Source: a virus
Direction: 5' to 3' (one strand)
Virus record (IMG/VR): IMGVR_UViG_3300042987_003836
Location: 5,927-69,926 of that record
DNA: 64,000 nucleotides
The position numbers were made by a program, and so were the translations under genes. This document shows, piece by piece, positions 47,002 to 57,600 of this stretch (within the stretch, counting starts at the first letter, position 1; each line of letters starts with the position of its first letter). Under the pieces are notes generated by a model, which made no database searches, had not been told where the DNA came from, and saw nothing but the letters and a program-made list of their open reading frames with translations.

Positions 47002-47559
47002 TCACTTGTTCATGAGACCCGCGGCACGAGCGATCACATAAGCATCCGTAGCATCTCTACTCCATCCCACAATTGCACCTGACTTTGGGGTGAGGGGCCA
47101 CTCCACATGGGACAGGTCGTGTTCACACATGTACTTGAAGACCTGTTCCTTGTGTGGCATCCCTGCCACGGATGTCTTCTGCAGTTTCACTCCACACAAC
47201 TTCCTCGCCGATGCAGCAGGTATATAGGTGGGATCCACACCGAAGACTTCACGGCCGACGTAAGACACAATTCCGTTAAATCTCATCAATGTTGTTATTG
47301 TAGCGGCAGAGCTCATTCCCTTTGAGAACCCGAGAAGGGGTTCTTCGAGTGCGAAAATAGAGATTGAAGGAAATCTATCCTTGAGAAGAAGAAGCTCGTG
47401 TTTCACACGGTCGGCCTTGTCCCACAGAGTCACGCACTTCTTGAACTCTATGCGGTCTAGATATGAGATATTTCCACATCCAGGATCAACAGAAGGGTCT
47501 ACTATGCACACGCCCGTAACAGAGGTGGAAACGTCTAGACCTAATATGAGATTTGCCAT
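47002..47559 (-). CDS. RuvC-like Holliday junction resolvase
   Basis: ILGLDVSTSVTG, ALEEP, ARKLCG, K, DATDAYVIA. Confidence 0.8.
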   Translation of the reverse strand: MANLILGLDVSTSVTGVCIVDPSVDPGCGNISYLDRIEFKKCVTLWDKADRVKHELLLLKDRFPSISIFALEEPLLGFSKGMSSAATITTLMRFNGIVSYVGREVFGVDPTYIPAASARKLCGVKLQKTSVAGMPHKEQVFKYMCEHDLSHVEWPLTPKSGAIVGWSRDATDAYVIARAAGLMNK

Positions 47560-47599
47560 GGCCAGATTGTTACACCAGAATGAGTCCAGTAAAACTATC

Positions 47600-48001
47600 C
47601 TATAGCAGACCTAGTTCCTTCAATTGTATTTCTGTGACTATTCTATAGGTCATCCCGTGTTCAGCGCACCACAGGAGTGCAGCAGCCATCTTCTTCTTAA
47701 TGACAGCTTGTTCAAGCTTCCGCTTTGGTTTCACTTCAATGAGTTCAGTGCGACCGTCTTTATATCTGACGAGAAAGTCTGGATAGTACTTGCGAACCTT
47801 CTTCGTTCTCACGTTGGACACGTACTCTATCACAGTCTTCTCATAGGACCAGAATTCCACCTCGGGATTCTCATCCAGGTGTAACATGAGTTTGAACTCC
47901 CACCCAGAGCGGAACTTACACTCGCCAGCGATCGGCGAGGTGTAGGTGCCTCGGATGTAGTGGCCCTTCCTCTTCTTCTTTCTCTTCTTATGTGAGGCCA
48001 T
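47600..48001 (-). CDS. Head-completion nuclease (T4 gp4 / TnsA-N-like)
   Basis: FRSGWE...LD.NPEV..WSYE...Y...YYPDF...LIEVKP...K..AA..WC. Confidence 0.8.
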   Translation of the reverse strand: MASHKKRKKKRKGHYIRGTYTSPIAGECKFRSGWEFKLMLHLDENPEVEFWSYEKTVIEYVSNVRTKKVRKYYPDFLVRYKDGRTELIEVKPKRKLEQAVIKKKMAAALLWCAEHGMTYRIVTEIQLKELGLL

Positions 48002-48010
48002 AGCTAAACC

Positions 48011-50521
48011 TCAGTAATCGAAGGCTACCTTGAAAAGTACCCGATCGCCTTCGCGCTTTATGATGGGCTGTGCCAAGCGTGCCTTTGCCACCACATTCAT
48101 GTTCTCATCGTGGAAGTTGAGGCCGGAGATGTAGACGAACGACTCGTCGTCCTTGGCATTACCAGAAGGCTTAAGTCTCTCATAATTTTCAACAAATGTG
48201 GGGTTAGAAGATGAATTTAAAAGTCCAGATCCGGCTACTATCTCGTACTTCGATGAAAAGATGTTATACACACCTCTAAAAGAAACTTCATATTCATTCT
48301 TTCCAAAGAAATAAAGATGAGGACTCTTGATCAAGACTATGCCTTCGTCATAGAAGATATTTCCAACTGAGTTCTGGGTTGCATGGGACGTAAAGCTGTC
48401 TGCCCTGTAGATGTTTCCAAGAGAATCATCTCTGAGCGTTATGGGAATTGATCCAAAAGAACCAGATATGCCGGGATCTTTAATTTCAAATGATCCCGGC
48501 ATTATTCTTCTCCCATAATAAAGATTGCTAATATTGAATATTGTAACTTGGTTGGAAGACGGATCGAGAGTTCGCTGATAGATCGTAAGAGGTACACCCT
48601 TTTGAACGCCCTTGTTAAAAAGTGTATCATCTGTGACAGACGCAAGAGATGCGGTAACTGCAGCTATATAGTTTTTATATGCAAGACCTGGTTCGAGGCC
48701 TGGTTTTTCAGGTCCTGGTCCGTAGAGCTGCTCTACATAACTATCTGATCCGTCTGGTCCTATGCCGCCGCCCGAGAGAGATGCAGTCGAGACAAGATTG
48801 TCCAAATTTATGTAGCTGAAATCAGGGAATCCGCTTGCTGAGAATTTATCTGTGTAGACTTCGCTGGTTAATATTTCGTAATTGGGATCAAAATTGCCAT
48901 CGTCGCAGGGAAGTATTGTCAAATTTCTCTTTGCGACTCCTCCGTCAGAGTACAAGAAGTAGTTCGCCTCCTTTGCATCTGTCGTATGGTCAATTGTCGA
49001 TCCTGTGAGATTTAGAAGTCTTGGAAATCTACCAGTAGAAAAGTCCTTGACAAAATTATCAAGATTGATATAATGACCGTTCACTCCGAATGACATCGCT
49101 ACATTAAAAGGATCGTCAGTCGTTCCATCGATTTCAAAGAAAGGCGTCTGAAGTATTCCACCTTCCTCTCCTACGAATCTTTTTATTGTGGTGTTTTCTA
49201 CAAAGAAAGGCGGCAAATAAAATGAGATGTTCTTCTTAGAAAATGCATCATATCCGATGCCTCGAGATCCCGTAGCCTCTATCTCAGCGTCTGAAATATA
49301 ATACCTTCTAAAGGCAAGATCGTGTATTTCTGCCTTCAAAGGATGCGCAAATCTATATGATACGGGACCTCCATAACTTGGGTCTCCCACCTCGCTGGTT
49401 AGTTGATCTACGCCGTCTCTTCGAGCGTTGTCTGGGTTGAAGAAGAGACTCATTGCATCTACGCCCGCATTTGTGCCTTCGTAATAATTTCCAATGCAAA
49501 GTACGTCGGGATTCAAAGAGTTGGAAAAAGAAGCCGGAAGAATTGAAGAAGAAGGTATGACAAAGTCGCCTTTGTTTATTCCGTCTATGATGAAAGAGCC
49601 CGTTCCGTTGTTTATGGAATTTGTACCCCATCTAACGATCACATGATGCCAGTTATTGAAAGAAAGAGCATTGTCAGAAGACAAGAATATCAAGTCATTC
49701 GGATAGCTACCAGGCGCCGAGCGAGAAGGAGATCTGTCTGCGCTGTGGCTAAGCTGAAGCTGTAGCCTAAATCCTATCGGGAGACCATTTGGATCCTTCT
49801 TTGATCCCGTTGCTAAAGAAAGACAATAACTTGAAGAAAGATGAAATATCGTTCCTGCCTTGAAATGTCCAGAGTCTATTCCATCCTCTTTGTATCTTGG
49901 ATTTATGTAGAAATCAAAAGTAAATGCATCTTTAAACAGATAAGATCCAGAAGCATGTCCACTCGGCGTTTCAATAGAATCGTCAGGCACGTTAGGGTAG
50001 AGAAGAACAGAGGCTGTAGGAACAAGCTGATTCGTACCATCAAAAGCTGTAAAAAAATTTAAAGAGTGATAGTTTGTATATGCCCAATGACTATTGGGAT
50101 AGTCGGTCCTATAAAAAGGCATTAAAACATCTTTAATGTTGTTTTTTATAAGTGTGTATTTTGTCAGTCGAGTTGTCGGGGTAAATCTCTCTATGTCAAG
50201 AACAGCCGTCTTCTTGGCGCTCGTAAGAGACACAAGATCGAAATAGCTATTGGCAAGAGAAGATATAGATTGTCTAAAGGATCTATTGGTCCTAGCAACA
50301 TCAACAATCTTTTTTGCAGAATTGCTGAAATTCGTATCTAGAACAGAAGACGTGTCGCTAAACACAAAAGAATCAGAATCTTTCTCTATGGAAGAAAGTC
50401 GAGGAAAGACTTTGACTGAGCCTGTAACACCCTGCGTAGAGCTAGAAGTATAGACTCTACTTGGCGTTGTAACTAAAGTAAAGTTTTCAACATCGTTCTT
50501 TGTGACATGAATGACAGACAT
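48011..50521 (-). CDS. Probable baseplate/tail protein with a LamG-like domain
   Basis: FTFDFYINP, WHHVIVRW, VGNIFYDEG; C-terminal YISGLNFHDENMNVVAKARLAQP. Confidence 0.65.
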   Translation of the reverse strand: MSVIHVTKNDVENFTLVTTPSRVYTSSSTQGVTGSVKVFPRLSSIEKDSDSFVFSDTSSVLDTNFSNSAKKIVDVARTNRSFRQSISSLANSYFDLVSLTSAKKTAVLDIERFTPTTRLTKYTLIKNNIKDVLMPFYRTDYPNSHWAYTNYHSLNFFTAFDGTNQLVPTASVLLYPNVPDDSIETPSGHASGSYLFKDAFTFDFYINPRYKEDGIDSGHFKAGTIFHLSSSYCLSLATGSKKDPNGLPIGFRLQLQLSHSADRSPSRSAPGSYPNDLIFLSSDNALSFNNWHHVIVRWGTNSINNGTGSFIIDGINKGDFVIPSSSILPASFSNSLNPDVLCIGNYYEGTNAGVDAMSLFFNPDNARRDGVDQLTSEVGDPSYGGPVSYRFAHPLKAEIHDLAFRRYYISDAEIEATGSRGIGYDAFSKKNISFYLPPFFVENTTIKRFVGEEGGILQTPFFEIDGTTDDPFNVAMSFGVNGHYINLDNFVKDFSTGRFPRLLNLTGSTIDHTTDAKEANYFLYSDGGVAKRNLTILPCDDGNFDPNYEILTSEVYTDKFSASGFPDFSYINLDNLVSTASLSGGGIGPDGSDSYVEQLYGPGPEKPGLEPGLAYKNYIAAVTASLASVTDDTLFNKGVQKGVPLTIYQRTLDPSSNQVTIFNISNLYYGRRIMPGSFEIKDPGISGSFGSIPITLRDDSLGNIYRADSFTSHATQNSVGNIFYDEGIVLIKSPHLYFFGKNEYEVSFRGVYNIFSSKYEIVAGSGLLNSSSNPTFVENYERLKPSGNAKDDESFVYISGLNFHDENMNVVAKARLAQPIIKREGDRVLFKVAFDY

Positions 50522-50542
50522 TGTGGTCCACTAGAGTCAACA

Positions 50543-51841
50543 TCAGAAATCTAAGCGAACTCTAAATGTTAGGTCTCTTCCGGGATTTTTCTCAACAGGT
50601 CTACTAAGCTTCGCAACTGCCAAAAGACCTCCTGTATTGTCATAGAGGCCTATTGTTGTAACATACGTGAAAGGCTCTTGAGTATCTTCGGGAACAGATG
50701 GGTCATAGATTGTCAGCCTGCCTTGATAATCACCAGAAGACTCAACGTATGTTGGGTTAGAAGAATAGTTGAAATCATCCGGTAAAGCTCTGCAGAATAT
50801 TAATGAAGAATTAATATTAGTAACATTTTGGAATGTCATTGCAGTCAAGGCTCCACTTCCAAATCTAGCATAGCAGAAGTGGTCGACAATGTCATCTATG
50901 CTTCCTGAAGTGACAAGATCGGGAACGACCTTTGCCTTCTTTGCCGTCTCTGTTCCATTTCCACCGAGCGTAATTCTTCCAAGGGGATGCATGGCGGAAA
51001 TAGTTCCAGATACAAATTGAGAACCTGAAACTACCTTCTCAACATCGAGGACAACCATTCCAGAGTCGTAATAGATGAGTCCCACTGCGTTTGAAGTATT
51101 GGATGCATTAACAAGATATCCAAACTGACCGCCGAGCTCAAAATATCTTGAATCTGAAGATCCTATGTCAGTAAAAATCGCAGATCCCGAAGTTGAAGTA
51201 ACATAAAGATTTGGAACTCCTGAGGAATCAAGTGCTGGTGGGAGAGATGGATCTGTGCCTGATTTATTAACAAAAGAAGCAGACTGATAGAATCTCATTG
51301 CAAAAGTTTCTCTTTTTATTTGGTCTCTTGCAAAAAGTCTCTTAAAAGCTACGAAAAGAGCTGCATCAATGTCGGTCGTCGATGTTGAACTTGTCAAAGA
51401 TGCATCAACAGGAAGTTTAAACATTGACTTTCTATTTCCAAGAAGAGTCTGCGCGAATTGTCCATATACGTCTGTTTTTTCTCTCATCATGAGAGAGCTG
51501 CTCGGATACAGATACTTTCCAGCTACGTCTTGAGCTGTAGAGGTGGAACCAGCTATTCCATCTGAGTTGTTTGATCCATCACCTTTGACGGCATCAACAG
51601 GGGCAAGACCAAATGTTATGTCAAAAACAGGGTTTGAAGTCTGCAGGGTGAAATCTTGATCATACACAGTCTGAAAAAGAGAAGAAGTTACTCCGGGTCC
51701 CACGCCACCTGTTACGAATACTTGGTATTTTCTTCTAGAGACAGAAGAACTGATGTCCTCTTGAAGAACATCTATAAGCTGATTAAGAAAAGATCGCGTA
51801 GTCTTTTTGTCGGAGGCTAAAATCTCTTTTGTTGTTGCCAT
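50543..51841 (-). CDS. Probable baseplate/tail protein
   Basis: FNYSSNPTY...YVTTIGLYD..G.LLAVAKLSRP; C-terminus paralogous to that of 48011..50521. Confidence 0.65.
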   Translation of the reverse strand: MATTKEILASDKKTTRSFLNQLIDVLQEDISSSVSRRKYQVFVTGGVGPGVTSSLFQTVYDQDFTLQTSNPVFDITFGLAPVDAVKGDGSNNSDGIAGSTSTAQDVAGKYLYPSSSLMMREKTDVYGQFAQTLLGNRKSMFKLPVDASLTSSTSTTDIDAALFVAFKRLFARDQIKRETFAMRFYQSASFVNKSGTDPSLPPALDSSGVPNLYVTSTSGSAIFTDIGSSDSRYFELGGQFGYLVNASNTSNAVGLIYYDSGMVVLDVEKVVSGSQFVSGTISAMHPLGRITLGGNGTETAKKAKVVPDLVTSGSIDDIVDHFCYARFGSGALTAMTFQNVTNINSSLIFCRALPDDFNYSSNPTYVESSGDYQGRLTIYDPSVPEDTQEPFTYVTTIGLYDNTGGLLAVAKLSRPVEKNPGRDLTFRVRLDF

Positions 51842-51859
51842 TTTAATTTAATTCCATCT

Positions 51860-52609
51860 TCAGATTAATGACGCTTTATATGTGACAGGAATATCAAGAG
51901 TACAACCGTGACGTTCTCCCACGACAGTAATATAGCTACTAATTTGTCTAACAGAAGAATTAGTTGAAATTCTCTTTCCGTAAACAGAAAGGGTGGTATT
52001 GTCAATATTCCTGGCTTTTACGTTGAAAGAAATGGAGGTTTGTGTACTTTTATCTGTAGTAAATGTATAGGTCGCGATCTTGTTGGGATCCCCTGCATTT
52101 GCTAGATTCTTTGCAATGTCAGGCTGCGTTAAATTCCCACCAGATGGAGAATCTATCGTAAAGAATCTATCAGATACTTTAATCTTGTAGATAGTCTGTA
52201 TTAGCTCCGCAGGAACAGAAGCGCCCGTTGTATTATTGAAATAAAGATCTATCTTCACTGTTACAGAAGAATTTTGTGTCTTCTCCAGAGAAACGCTCGA
52301 ATTCGTCTTGAGAACTGGAAGATAGATCGTAGAGATAGAAGTTCCATCGTTTTCTCTTCCTATAAGTCTGTGCTTAAGAGCGATTGAAGAGTTAGTTAAA
52401 GCTTCAAAGATAGGAGTATTCTTCTCTATCTTTTCTTTTCCTACAGTTCTTCCATATTTTTTAATAACTCCATAATCGACTTCATCGTCTCCGAGAGAAT
52501 AATGAGTAATATTGAATGCACTGTTTGCAGTTGCAAGTCTCTGACGACCATAATCAGTTAAGACTGCGTCCAGAATTATGTTATTTGTACTATGATCTAG
52601 ATATCCCAT
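51860..52609 (-). CDS. Probable baseplate/tail protein
   Basis: MGYLD...ILDAVLTDYGRQRLA...ITHYSLGDDEVDY...PIFEA. Confidence 0.65.
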   Translation of the reverse strand: MGYLDHSTNNIILDAVLTDYGRQRLATANSAFNITHYSLGDDEVDYGVIKKYGRTVGKEKIEKNTPIFEALTNSSIALKHRLIGRENDGTSISTIYLPVLKTNSSVSLEKTQNSSVTVKIDLYFNNTTGASVPAELIQTIYKIKVSDRFFTIDSPSGGNLTQPDIAKNLANAGDPNKIATYTFTTDKSTQTSISFNVKARNIDNTTLSVYGKRISTNSSVRQISSYITVVGERHGCTLDIPVTYKASLI

Positions 52610-52684
52610 GTTCCCTCAGGTTTGGTCTTCTAATGCTGTAATTATTCAAAGGTCTTTTTTTTAACTTCAATTAGTTGCTGCCAT

Positions 52685-54625
52685 TCAAGAAGATTCAGTT
52701 AGTCGCTCTGGGTCCTTGACGACAATTTTTATAGATTGCATTTTTTGGTTGTCAAGATTGATAAATTGCAAAAGATAATACGAATCTTTTTGATTAGTTT
52801 GTGCTTCAACAATTTTATAAGAAATGTTTCTTTCATCCTTGACTTTAAGGTACTCGGGAGTAAAGTAAACTTCAAGTTTTCTGGAATTGTCGCCCAAGAC
52901 TTTAATTGTATCTTTAAAAGCGTCTGTCCTGAGATTCATGTTTGGATATTGCCTTGGTGATCCTGAGTCGCAAATTACTTCTGTTATTAGCTTGTTCTTA
53001 TAAGAATCAAACGTAACTCTATGCTGAGAAGAATAATTGGATACCATTCCGTGTGCATCTACGCTGCAAATAGAATAGATGTAGTCTGAGGATATAAAGA
53101 ATTCAGGATCCACAGTAAAGTCTTCATCGATATGCATGTAAATGGGATTCTCGGAAAGAATTATTAAATTTCTATTTTCTTGGGAAGTACCTGAAAAATT
53201 ATTTGCATCTACGATTTCCCCTGTCTTGTACCGAGTAGTACCGCTTCCAAATTCAGTATTATCAAATCCGTATTGAGCAATTAACTCAAAAGGTTCTTTA
53301 ATGTTTTTCCTTCTAAAAACTTGAAACTGCTTTACATCTTTCTGAGGATTAACGGGAACATCCCAGTGAATTTTTAAATTTCTTTTCAAATAATCAAAAA
53401 CAAATCTAATGTTATTGGGCTCAGGAGGAGGTGAATACTCATAACATTCTACAGGGATAGACACGGGTCTTGAGCTAACGTAAATCGTAGAAGAATTTAC
53501 AGTTGAACCATCAGCGGTGTATGTTAGTAACTTAACAGAGGCGACTACTCTTACAGCGTATACATACGTAATTCCATAAAGAACTGAAACATCTTCAAGA
53601 CTAGTCTTTCTTATGTCTTCTATGTAAAATGTTTTTTCTTTTTCAAAACCATTATTTGTTGTCTTATATCTGTCAATAACATACCCAATTAATTTTATAG
53701 GATTTGTTAAGTTAGACGTAGATAGGTCCGTGTAATCATTTTGAACAGGAACAAGACCTAAGCCCTCTCTGCTTTTGAATCCACCGAGAGCGGTCGAATG
53801 AGAAACTCTCAAAGCAGCTAGATTTGTTGCATTTTTCTTAACTTGAGAATTTTTAAATATGTCAGGAATGATTGAGTTATTAACCTTCAGAGTCAAGCTT
53901 ACAGAATCTGTTATCGATCTTAATAGATCGTCCTCGTCTGTTGCTTTTTTATTTTCATCATATACTCTTAGACCCAGAGAATCTTTTGGAAAATCAGCGA
54001 GCCGCGCATATGTTTCTGAAAAATCGCTTGTTATTCTTGCAGCATTGGAATCGATTGATCCGAGGGGAGGAGAAATATTTTGAATTTGAATCTTTGACAT
54101 CTTGAAGATGCTCTCTTCAGGACGTCTAGAGATTCTACTGTAATTTTCTATGTCAGTGGCTCCCTGCTCTATAAAATCGATGTTAGAAAATGTGTGACTA
54201 ATATAACCGGGATTAAAAAAGTTATCTTCTGAAACTAGCTTCTCAGAATTTCCCTCTATTGACAAGTCTGTGTAATCTTTCTTCTCTAAGTCTGTTTTTT
54301 GTATCTCTGAGACGGAATCTGCGGGTGCAGTCCATCTAATGGAAGCATATCTTGGAACTTTTGTAAGATTTTCATTAATTCCGTCAAATGAAGACTTGAT
54401 TCTTTCATCTTTTGTATAAAAGTTATAGACAAATTCTCCTCTATAATTTGTTACTTCAGGCACATTGACGTTGTCAATAGAGGTAGAAGGATCAGACATC
54501 TTACTCTTAGAATACTGGTATGACTTCCCAATATCTGCTGCGGGAATTCTTGTATCTTGTGACTCAATCGTATTTTGATCGGGTCTTTCAGCTCTTCTAA
54601 CGTCTAGACGTACAGACTGTGCCAT
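52685..54625 (-). CDS. Structural protein with fibronectin-III-like domains (possible baseplate wedge)
   Basis: PPPEPNNI..LKIHWD.P..FQVFRR; Y.YAVR; YIYSICSVD.HG..S. Confidence 0.55.
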   Translation of the reverse strand: MAQSVRLDVRRAERPDQNTIESQDTRIPAADIGKSYQYSKSKMSDPSTSIDNVNVPEVTNYRGEFVYNFYTKDERIKSSFDGINENLTKVPRYASIRWTAPADSVSEIQKTDLEKKDYTDLSIEGNSEKLVSEDNFFNPGYISHTFSNIDFIEQGATDIENYSRISRRPEESIFKMSKIQIQNISPPLGSIDSNAARITSDFSETYARLADFPKDSLGLRVYDENKKATDEDDLLRSITDSVSLTLKVNNSIIPDIFKNSQVKKNATNLAALRVSHSTALGGFKSREGLGLVPVQNDYTDLSTSNLTNPIKLIGYVIDRYKTTNNGFEKEKTFYIEDIRKTSLEDVSVLYGITYVYAVRVVASVKLLTYTADGSTVNSSTIYVSSRPVSIPVECYEYSPPPEPNNIRFVFDYLKRNLKIHWDVPVNPQKDVKQFQVFRRKNIKEPFELIAQYGFDNTEFGSGTTRYKTGEIVDANNFSGTSQENRNLIILSENPIYMHIDEDFTVDPEFFISSDYIYSICSVDAHGMVSNYSSQHRVTFDSYKNKLITEVICDSGSPRQYPNMNLRTDAFKDTIKVLGDNSRKLEVYFTPEYLKVKDERNISYKIVEAQTNQKDSYYLLQFINLDNQKMQSIKIVVKDPERLTESS

Positions 54626-54640
54626 TTTATCCTCTTATAA

Positions 54641-57600
54641 TCAAACGTAGTCATAGGGCTCTATAGTGACAAAATATTCGTCTAATGTGACGTCTTCTTG
54701 ACTAGTGTCTCTATTTTTGTATGAAAGAGATTTTCTTGAAGAACCTTGATCTCCTCCAACTAAAACACCAAGTTTTTTCAAAGATTCTACGGATGTCTTT
54801 GGCGATACGGATGTGTCGACATAAAAATCATCTGGGTCGAATATCACATTAAAAACTCTATCAAATTTCTTCATATAGACCATTCTTCTCTTAATGTCTT
54901 CGATATTCAAAACAAAAGTTTCATTAGAGAAGAAAGAAAGAACTGTATTGTCCATGGGAATTGTATATGTCTTGGTATTTGCCGACGTAGTAGTTCCTGC
55001 AGCCATACCGTCAGAATCAGGAGAATTTACTGGTATCTCGAATGATTCTTTGCTTGTTGGGTCAGTAAATCTCGCCTTTATCTGTGTTGAAAGTGACTGA
55101 GTTTTAGAATAATTTTTAGCAAATTCAAGGTATTTCTTAAATTGACTGTCAGAATAATTTAATGAATCTGACATGTTTGAAAAATTAAAATATCTGCTTT
55201 CGTCGAAATGAACGTCTGTAAACCATCTAAGATATTCTTCGGACAAAAAGCTTACAGCATGATTAACATATACTTGAAATTTTTCTTCATCTAAAAGAAT
55301 ATTTCCGTATATGCTTTGTGGGAAAGCTTCTGTAAAATCTTTTTGTGAAAGAATACTTCCGTCAGAACAGATTAACTTGCTTGGTATGTTAAGTAAGTTA
55401 AAATCATCTTCAATTAAAGAATTGTAATTCCAGTTACCTAGCACTCTTGTTGGAAATCTATTCATCTCAAACATGTATGATTTAGGCAAATACACTATGT
55501 CAGGATGAAGTCTGTCTATTTTATAGACTTTCATTCTAATTAAATTTTCTTTTACTGATTTTTCACCGCTAGAAGCAGTTCTCATTATTGTTCTTAAACG
55601 CCTATTAAGACGAGGTGGTATTCCAACAGAAAGTATTTTCTTGTTGTTTCCTCTTTCTTTTAAGAACTCTACTGACTTAAAATATGAAGAAAGAAGCGTA
55701 TGAGAAACCATGTCAGTTTCATTAAGCGGCAAGAATTCAGAAAAACCTTGTGGGAAATCTGAAAGAGAAGGAATTGATTTTAATTTACCTTCCATCTCAT
55801 TTGTTTCTTTAATTCTGTCACTAATCTCTGACATGATGTAGCGAGAAAGTCTTATCTGCTCCTCAGAAAAAGACATATTCATTAAAAAAATCTTTTGATT
55901 AACACTGAGACTTTCGTCAGAATCATAAAGATTTTTTATTGTAGAAATATGATTTTCAAAATTAGTCTTTAAAAAAGTTCTAAAAGAATTAAGGCTTGAG
56001 CTTAGGTCTAAAAGATATTTTCTAAAAACAGCTACTTTGCTAATAATTGAATCATCTTCTGACTTTAAAAACAAAATAGCATCGGAAAGTTTTCTGATAT
56101 ATCTTCTGGGTTTATATCCGTTCTTGATATACCTTGCATTGTAAAAATCACTGAGTTGATTCTTGCTAACTCTGTCAACCAGAAGCCCTGTTTCAGAAAT
56201 TGTTATTTTTTTAGATAAAGAGACATATTCGTAAGAAGAAGAATATGAACCCAAGAGATTCTCAGGAGTTTGAGAAGCTATAACTCTTAAAATTAGATCA
56301 AAATATCCAAAGATATACCCTGTCTTTGCTATTCCTGAGTATCCCGTATAATCTCCTATAAAAAAGAAATTTATCATTAGAAGTTCTTTTAACAGTCCAA
56401 CAATCTCGCTCCATATTCCTTTATTTGCATCGATTTCAAATAATCTTCCTCCGACAGACTGGATGTACGATTCAAATGCTGACTTTTTCTCCCTAACGAC
56501 AGATGAGTCGTTTATCGTTTGAACGTAAGTGTTGACATCAGGAGAATTTCCCGTAGAAATGGGGAAAGTTCTTGACTCTTCAGTGGCGGCTGATATGTCT
56601 CTCGGTGATGCAGAAACTGAAATAGAAGAAAAATGAGTGGAAATTTTTCTCTTTAACTCTCTTACTGTTGCTTCATTATCAATAGTGGGGTCCAGCTGTT
56701 TTAACGAAACATTTAAAAGCCAGAGAAAAAGAAGAGACTTTAACTTACCCGAAGTCTTTTCATAATTTTTCGAAGGATAAACAGCAGCCTTGCAGACAAG
56801 AGCAGCAAGTCTTATTCCAATAGACTCGTCCGATGTGAGTCCGTTTCCAGGTCTCATAAAGGAAGTATTTAGAGAATCAACCTCGTCAAGGTTAGAAATT
56901 ACAAGACAATTCTGATAAGTTAAAGAAACAGATGAAAGTCTATCCGAGAGATCTTCAAGAGAAAACAATCCTTCATATCGCTTTCTATACCTTTCATCGA
57001 ATCCAGCTGTTTCATAAACTCTTTGTATGTCATACCCCATCATTTCTATGACAGTCTTAGAAGTTTCATGAGCTTCTTTCGTCTTGTTGATCAATTGATC
57101 GAGCTTCGCTGTGTCAAAAGATACTCCATCTTTTGTCATTAAAGAACTGTCTATGTAATAGCTTGCTCCAGGAGTAATTCCTGCTGACTCAAAAATATTG
57201 TTTTCAAAAGTTAAAACATTGTAAGAATCTTCTCCCTGAGACGTAATCTCTTGAGAGAAAGAGACCAGAGATTTTCCGTTTCCTGCTGGATTTTTTGAAA
57301 ACTCCAAGACGGATCTAGGAAATCTTCCAATAACGTGGTCCCATATCTGTACATTATCTCCTGTAGGGGAAGATCTATAACCGAACTTGTATTCTATGTT
57401 TGAAGAATTCTCTGATTTTAAAATATAAGAAGAGTAAATACCCTCTTTGAATAATGAATTTGCTGATATGCTAATGTCTCTTCCTGAAGTAGAAAAAGAC
57501 TCTATAAGACCGACAAAATTTCTTGAACTTGAAATCTTTTGCTTGATATTTTTCTCTGCATTAGCGTCAGAAAGGTTGACATATTTCTTTTCATCAAATT

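Noticed and set aside
47002-48001. RuvC + TnsA-like pair as a transposon or Cas12/TnpB system
   Set aside because: Sizes and motifs fit a stand-alone resolvase and a gp4-like nuclease; no terminal repeats, TnsB/C, guide RNA or array
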